From a virus, in IMG/VR virus record IMGVR_UViG_3300045999_013278, positions 8,698-72,697 of that record: a stretch of 64,000 nt of DNA; one strand, 5' to 3'. Shown piece by piece: positions 60,869-64,000 of this stretch. The notes under the pieces are model-generated. The model saw only the letters and a program-made list of their open reading frames with translations, did not search any database and was not told the origin of the DNA. The number at the start of each line of letters is the position of its first letter. Position 1 is the first letter of the stretch. Position numbers and translations under genes: made by a program.

Positions 60869-62800
60869 ATGGCTAATACATTCGTAACCGGCAACTACTA
60901 CAAAAATAGCTCTAGAGAGATCATTATTCTCGTTACGTCCAGAACAAAATGCTTTATAAACTACAAAGCATTTTGGATTAGTGACTTAAACAACTGCTAT
61001 CAAGACGGTAAGGTTAAGGTAAGAGTTAATGAAAATAACGACGAGTTTGTTTTACTCGATGGATTTAGCAAATACTCGTCAATAGACGAGTATGTAAAGT
61101 ATGTTAAGGAGGATAATATAAAGGAGGAGGTTAATGTTAAGGAGGAGGTTAATGTAAAGGAGGAGGTTTATAGCGCAGTACACAGAAACTTCCTTAAAGT
61201 TGGGAAGAGGTTTAAATATGTAGATTTAAAAAATGATATAATACAAGATGTCATTTTTGAAGACACTAACGGTAATGGTACGATTTTAAACTTTAGAGCC
61301 ATAAATAATGGCAATCCAATTTACTGTCACGGCAGTTTGTTTGTGGTTACTGAACATAACCGCGATTGTTTAAAACCTTTTAATTATTTAACTGTTGAGG
61401 ATAGCAACCTACCCTTACCTACTAATGCAACAGTTAATAATGTAAAGGAAGAGGAAATTAAGGAAACTCTTGAGGATAGTGTGTTACCTTTACCTACTAA
61501 TGCAACAGTTAATAATGTAAAGGAAGAGGAAATTAAGGAAACTCTTGAGGATAGTGATTTACCTTTAACTACTAATGCAACAGTTAATAATGTAAAGGAA
61601 GAGGAAATTAAGGAAACTCTTGAGGATAGCAACCTACCCTTACCTACAACATTACTATCATTAGTTATTCAGGAACAGGTACAGTTAAAGGAGACAAAAA
61701 CAATGTTTAAAATTAATGTTACCGAGCTACACTCCGAAATTCAAAAAAAATTAGCAGTTAAATTAAATGGGGTGCTGAACACCTCTGGATTAATAGACAT
61801 TATTCAAGTAGACACCAATCCAAATCTTCTGGATTGGTATGAACTAGAAATTGCCATTTATGGCGATATTGACACTGACTCTGATAGATTGCACCAATGT
61901 GTCTCCTGGGATGAAGTCCAGGAAACGCAGAAAATCATTGATCCTCTATTGCAAGAAATTTGGTCAGCATTGACTTGTTTAGACGACTGGCATAAATACC
62001 AGCATAGCGCCGCACCATGCGCTATGTTTAACCAAAAGTCACTTGAAGCGGCAGTAAGCATCTACTGCCATGACCTCCCCAGAAAATACTGGGGGGAAAC
62101 TTTTCTTCCCACGGGAAAAGAAAAAACTAAAAAGACTTATGATCAGGCTTTAAGCTTTTCAGGAGACAGTTACGCAGAAACTAATTACTATACCGTGTGG
62201 GAGTATGCTCACTCGGATGGTGCTACTGTCTGGTGCAGCGAAAAGCTTAATCTTCTTCAAATTAGCACTGAAAAACAAACCCTTGCATCAATGCAAAGGT
62301 TTGTGTACGAATATTGCAAACGTGAAAAGGTTACATTTGCAGACTTAGTGTCACAAATAGACTCTATCCGCGCTCGTTGGGAGCGGGATAGACTAGCAAA
62401 AATAGCGGACGAAGAAGCCGCTAAACTGGCTATACCAAAACCCAAATGGGTTGAAAAGGAAATTACCAGTAACGGAAACGTTAATCGTTTTTGGGTTGGA
62501 GACGATATGGTTGTCTCATTCAACTGGAACGATGAAGACGGCACAGTATGGGAGCATTGCGATGACCGGACACGCGGGTTATCCAATAGAGTCAGGACTT
62601 CAGTGTCCATCGGTTCTGATAGAGATGCTGTCATGGCACGGATAAGCTTCTTGCAAGCAGAAGCGAGTAAAAAATTCGCTGAAAAGAGAGCGAGAAAAGA
62701 AGCCTATGAAGCTTATAAAAAGGCTCAAGAAGCTGGCAGCAGACCTATTAAGTCTTTTGACAAGTGGCTACAAACAACGCAAATCTCAAGTTCGCGGTAA
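60869..62800 (+). CDS. hypothetical protein, probably two genes read in one frame (second start at 61703)
   Basis: internal AAAGGAG RBS + ATG at 61703; repeat-rich linker between halves. Confidence 0.6.
   Translation: MANTFVTGNYYKNSSREIIILVTSRTKCFINYKAFWISDLNNCYQDGKVKVRVNENNDEFVLLDGFSKYSSIDEYVKYVKEDNIKEEVNVKEEVNVKEEVYSAVHRNFLKVGKRFKYVDLKNDIIQDVIFEDTNGNGTILNFRAINNGNPIYCHGSLFVVTEHNRDCLKPFNYLTVEDSNLPLPTNATVNNVKEEEIKETLEDSVLPLPTNATVNNVKEEEIKETLEDSDLPLTTNATVNNVKEEEIKETLEDSNLPLPTTLLSLVIQEQVQLKETKTMFKINVTELHSEIQKKLAVKLNGVLNTSGLIDIIQVDTNPNLLDWYELEIAIYGDIDTDSDRLHQCVSWDEVQETQKIIDPLLQEIWSALTCLDDWHKYQHSAAPCAMFNQKSLEAAVSIYCHDLPRKYWGETFLPTGKEKTKKTYDQALSFSGDSYAETNYYTVWEYAHSDGATVWCSEKLNLLQISTEKQTLASMQRFVYEYCKREKVTFADLVSQIDSIRARWERDRLAKIADEEAAKLAIPKPKWVEKEITSNGNVNRFWVGDDMVVSFNWNDEDGTVWEHCDDRTRGLSNRVRTSVSIGSDRDAVMARISFLQAEASKKFAEKRARKEAYEAYKKAQEAGSRPIKSFDKWLQTTQISSSR
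61106..61168 (+). repeat. 18-bp tandem repeats (NVKEEV)
   Basis: aaggaggaggttaatgt units. Confidence 0.75.
61396..61648 (+). repeat. 75-bp tandem repeat x3.4 (EDSxLPLPTNATVNNVKEEEIKETL)
   Basis: unit starts at 61396, 61471, 61546, 61621. Confidence 0.9.
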
Positions 62801-62811
62801 ACTCAACCCAG

Positions 62812-62909
62812 AATGCAACAGTTAATAATGTAAAGGAAGAGGAAATTAAGGAAACTCTTGAGGATAGTGTGTTACCTTTACCTACTAATGCGATCGCATT
62901 AGTAGGTAA
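62812..62909 (+). repeat. isolated copy of the 75-bp unit ending in a HIP1-centred 32-bp palindrome
   Basis: 62812-62891 identical to 61424-61503; TTACCTACTAATGCGATCGCATTAGTAGGTAA at 62878-62909. Confidence 0.9.
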
Positions 62910-62991
62910 GGTTACAAAGGTTAAAATATTAACCAAAATGGTAGCGGTTAACCCCGCTGTACACCACGAGGTTAAACTAATCTTAATAGTT

Positions 62992-63492
62992 TTAGGACGA
63001 GGCTTTTAATTCCTTAAATCCCTCACTTTTTTTAAACTCTTGCCAAGAATCTTCCCATGATTCATCTACGGACACAGAATCAATAAACTCTAGCCATTTT
63101 AAGGATATTTCATGCGCTTTATCTTTTTTTATCCCTTCACTTTCGCATAAACTTAGGAAGGTCTCTTCACTCATTACTCCCCTTATATAACTTTTAAGGT
63201 TTTCCTTAGCTTTATTGTCACTGTCACCTCTAAAGTATTCCCTAACGTCCTCTAATCTGCGACCCTTAAAAACTTTTTTAAGAGATAAGTCTCTTAATTG
63301 AACCCTCTCCTCCGGCGTGAGTTTTTTAATCAAGACTTCCGCAAAAGTCTTGATTAGTTTTGGTTCTATTCCATTTTCCACATATTTTTTAAGTGAAGTC
63401 AGAGCCATAACCTCAAATTGGGTTAGGTTTTTATCATTAAAATCCATCTTAACTAAAAGTTTTATAGCCGCGTAACTTTCTTTAGTCAGCAT
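62992..63492 (-). CDS. hypothetical helical protein
   Basis: AAGGAGG RBS upstream on - strand. Confidence 0.65.
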   Translation of the reverse strand: MLTKESYAAIKLLVKMDFNDKNLTQFEVMALTSLKKYVENGIEPKLIKTFAEVLIKKLTPEERVQLRDLSLKKVFKGRRLEDVREYFRGDSDNKAKENLKSYIRGVMSEETFLSLCESEGIKKDKAHEISLKWLEFIDSVSVDESWEDSWQEFKKSEGFKELKASS

Positions 63493-63589
63493 ATTTTCCT
63501 CCTTTTCCTCTTCTGTTGCGATCGCGTATTAAGAATCATGTCCTAAGCTATGACATTAAACTAGCTTAGTTAAAAAATAAAAAACACCC

Positions 63590-63883
63590 ATGAATAACTG
63601 TATAACCTGCGGAAAAAAGTTAAGATCGGATAGTAGTAAATCCCCACATTGTTCAAGATGTTGGCTGAAGACAACAGAAGAGGGACGGGCTTTTAACGCC
63701 GCCAAGACTAAAAAGTTTTATATTCCCAGGACTAATTTAAAACCCCGGTGTTTAGCTTGCCCAAAGTTAATTAATACCCCTAAAAACCAGGGCTATTGCC
63801 GGGTTTGCTGGGAACAATGGACAGAAGAGGGTAGGGAATATAGATCGCAAAAAGTCAAGCGATCGCAATCGGCAAAACCTTAG
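63590..63883 (+). CDS. tandem zinc-finger protein
   Basis: two copies of CxxC...CxxCW...TEEGR. Confidence 0.6.
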   Translation: MNNCITCGKKLRSDSSKSPHCSRCWLKTTEEGRAFNAAKTKKFYIPRTNLKPRCLACPKLINTPKNQGYCRVCWEQWTEEGREYRSQKVKRSQSAKP

Positions 63884-64000
63884 CCCAAAGTTAATTAAAA
63901 CCCTAGTCCTAAGCATGACTTTAAACTGGCTTAGAAAAAAGTTAAAAAGTAAAGGACTCAAGGAAGATGACAGACTTAAAAGCTTTGGAAATCGCGTCCT

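Noticed and set aside
61396-61648. Possible CRISPR array
   Set aside because: 75-bp units are nearly identical end to end with no unique spacers, are in-frame coding, and no cas genes are present.
62748-63009. ORFs 62764..63009 (+) and 62748..62936 (-)
   Set aside because: Arise from the repeat copy and palindrome; no RBS or independent support.
62992-63492. Terminase small subunit
   Set aside because: Right strand and size, but 3.5 kb from terL and no recognisable HTH/terS motif; left as hypothetical.
1-64000. Stop-codon reassignment
   Set aside because: Conserved genes are full length under the standard bacterial code and all three stop codons are used.

Overview
AT-rich segment of a tailed dsDNA phage (siphovirus-type, lambda-like tail tip). 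It almost certainly infects a cyanobacterium: there are at least 16 HIP1 GCGATCGC octamers, a cyanobacterial-type DUF3854/CyRepA-like replication protein and a class II RNR. Morphogenesis genes are mostly on the - strand but split into blocks: terL; portal; protease-capsid fusion through head-tail, tail tube, frameshifted chaperone, a 4255-aa tape measure protein and gpM; then K-I-J-fibre-M'-L. Early, replication and nucleotide genes are interleaved: RuvC-like nuclease, SF2 helicase, Rep, RecJ, ThyA, dCMP deaminase, intein-containing NrdJ and two DNA methyltransferases. A complete IS200/IS605 element (tnpA+tnpB) sits between two divergent phage promoters. The most unusual signals are: (i) a giant tape measure protein carrying an apparent protein kinase, an alpha/beta-hydrolase, a LILP-motif array, an M23 peptidase and a lytic transglycosylase, suggesting a virion-injected multi-enzyme effector; (ii) a tRNA-like RNA whose anticodon arm is replaced by an SD+AUG; (iii) three dispersed GTCA-N30-TGAC elements that may be origins; (iv) a HIP1-rich region of repeat-flanked gene cassettes at 59.6-64 kb; (v) an orphan PAS-like membrane protein. 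No integrase, DNA polymerase, terS or stand-alone endolysin was recognised in the window. All calls come from reading motifs by eye; no database searches were run.
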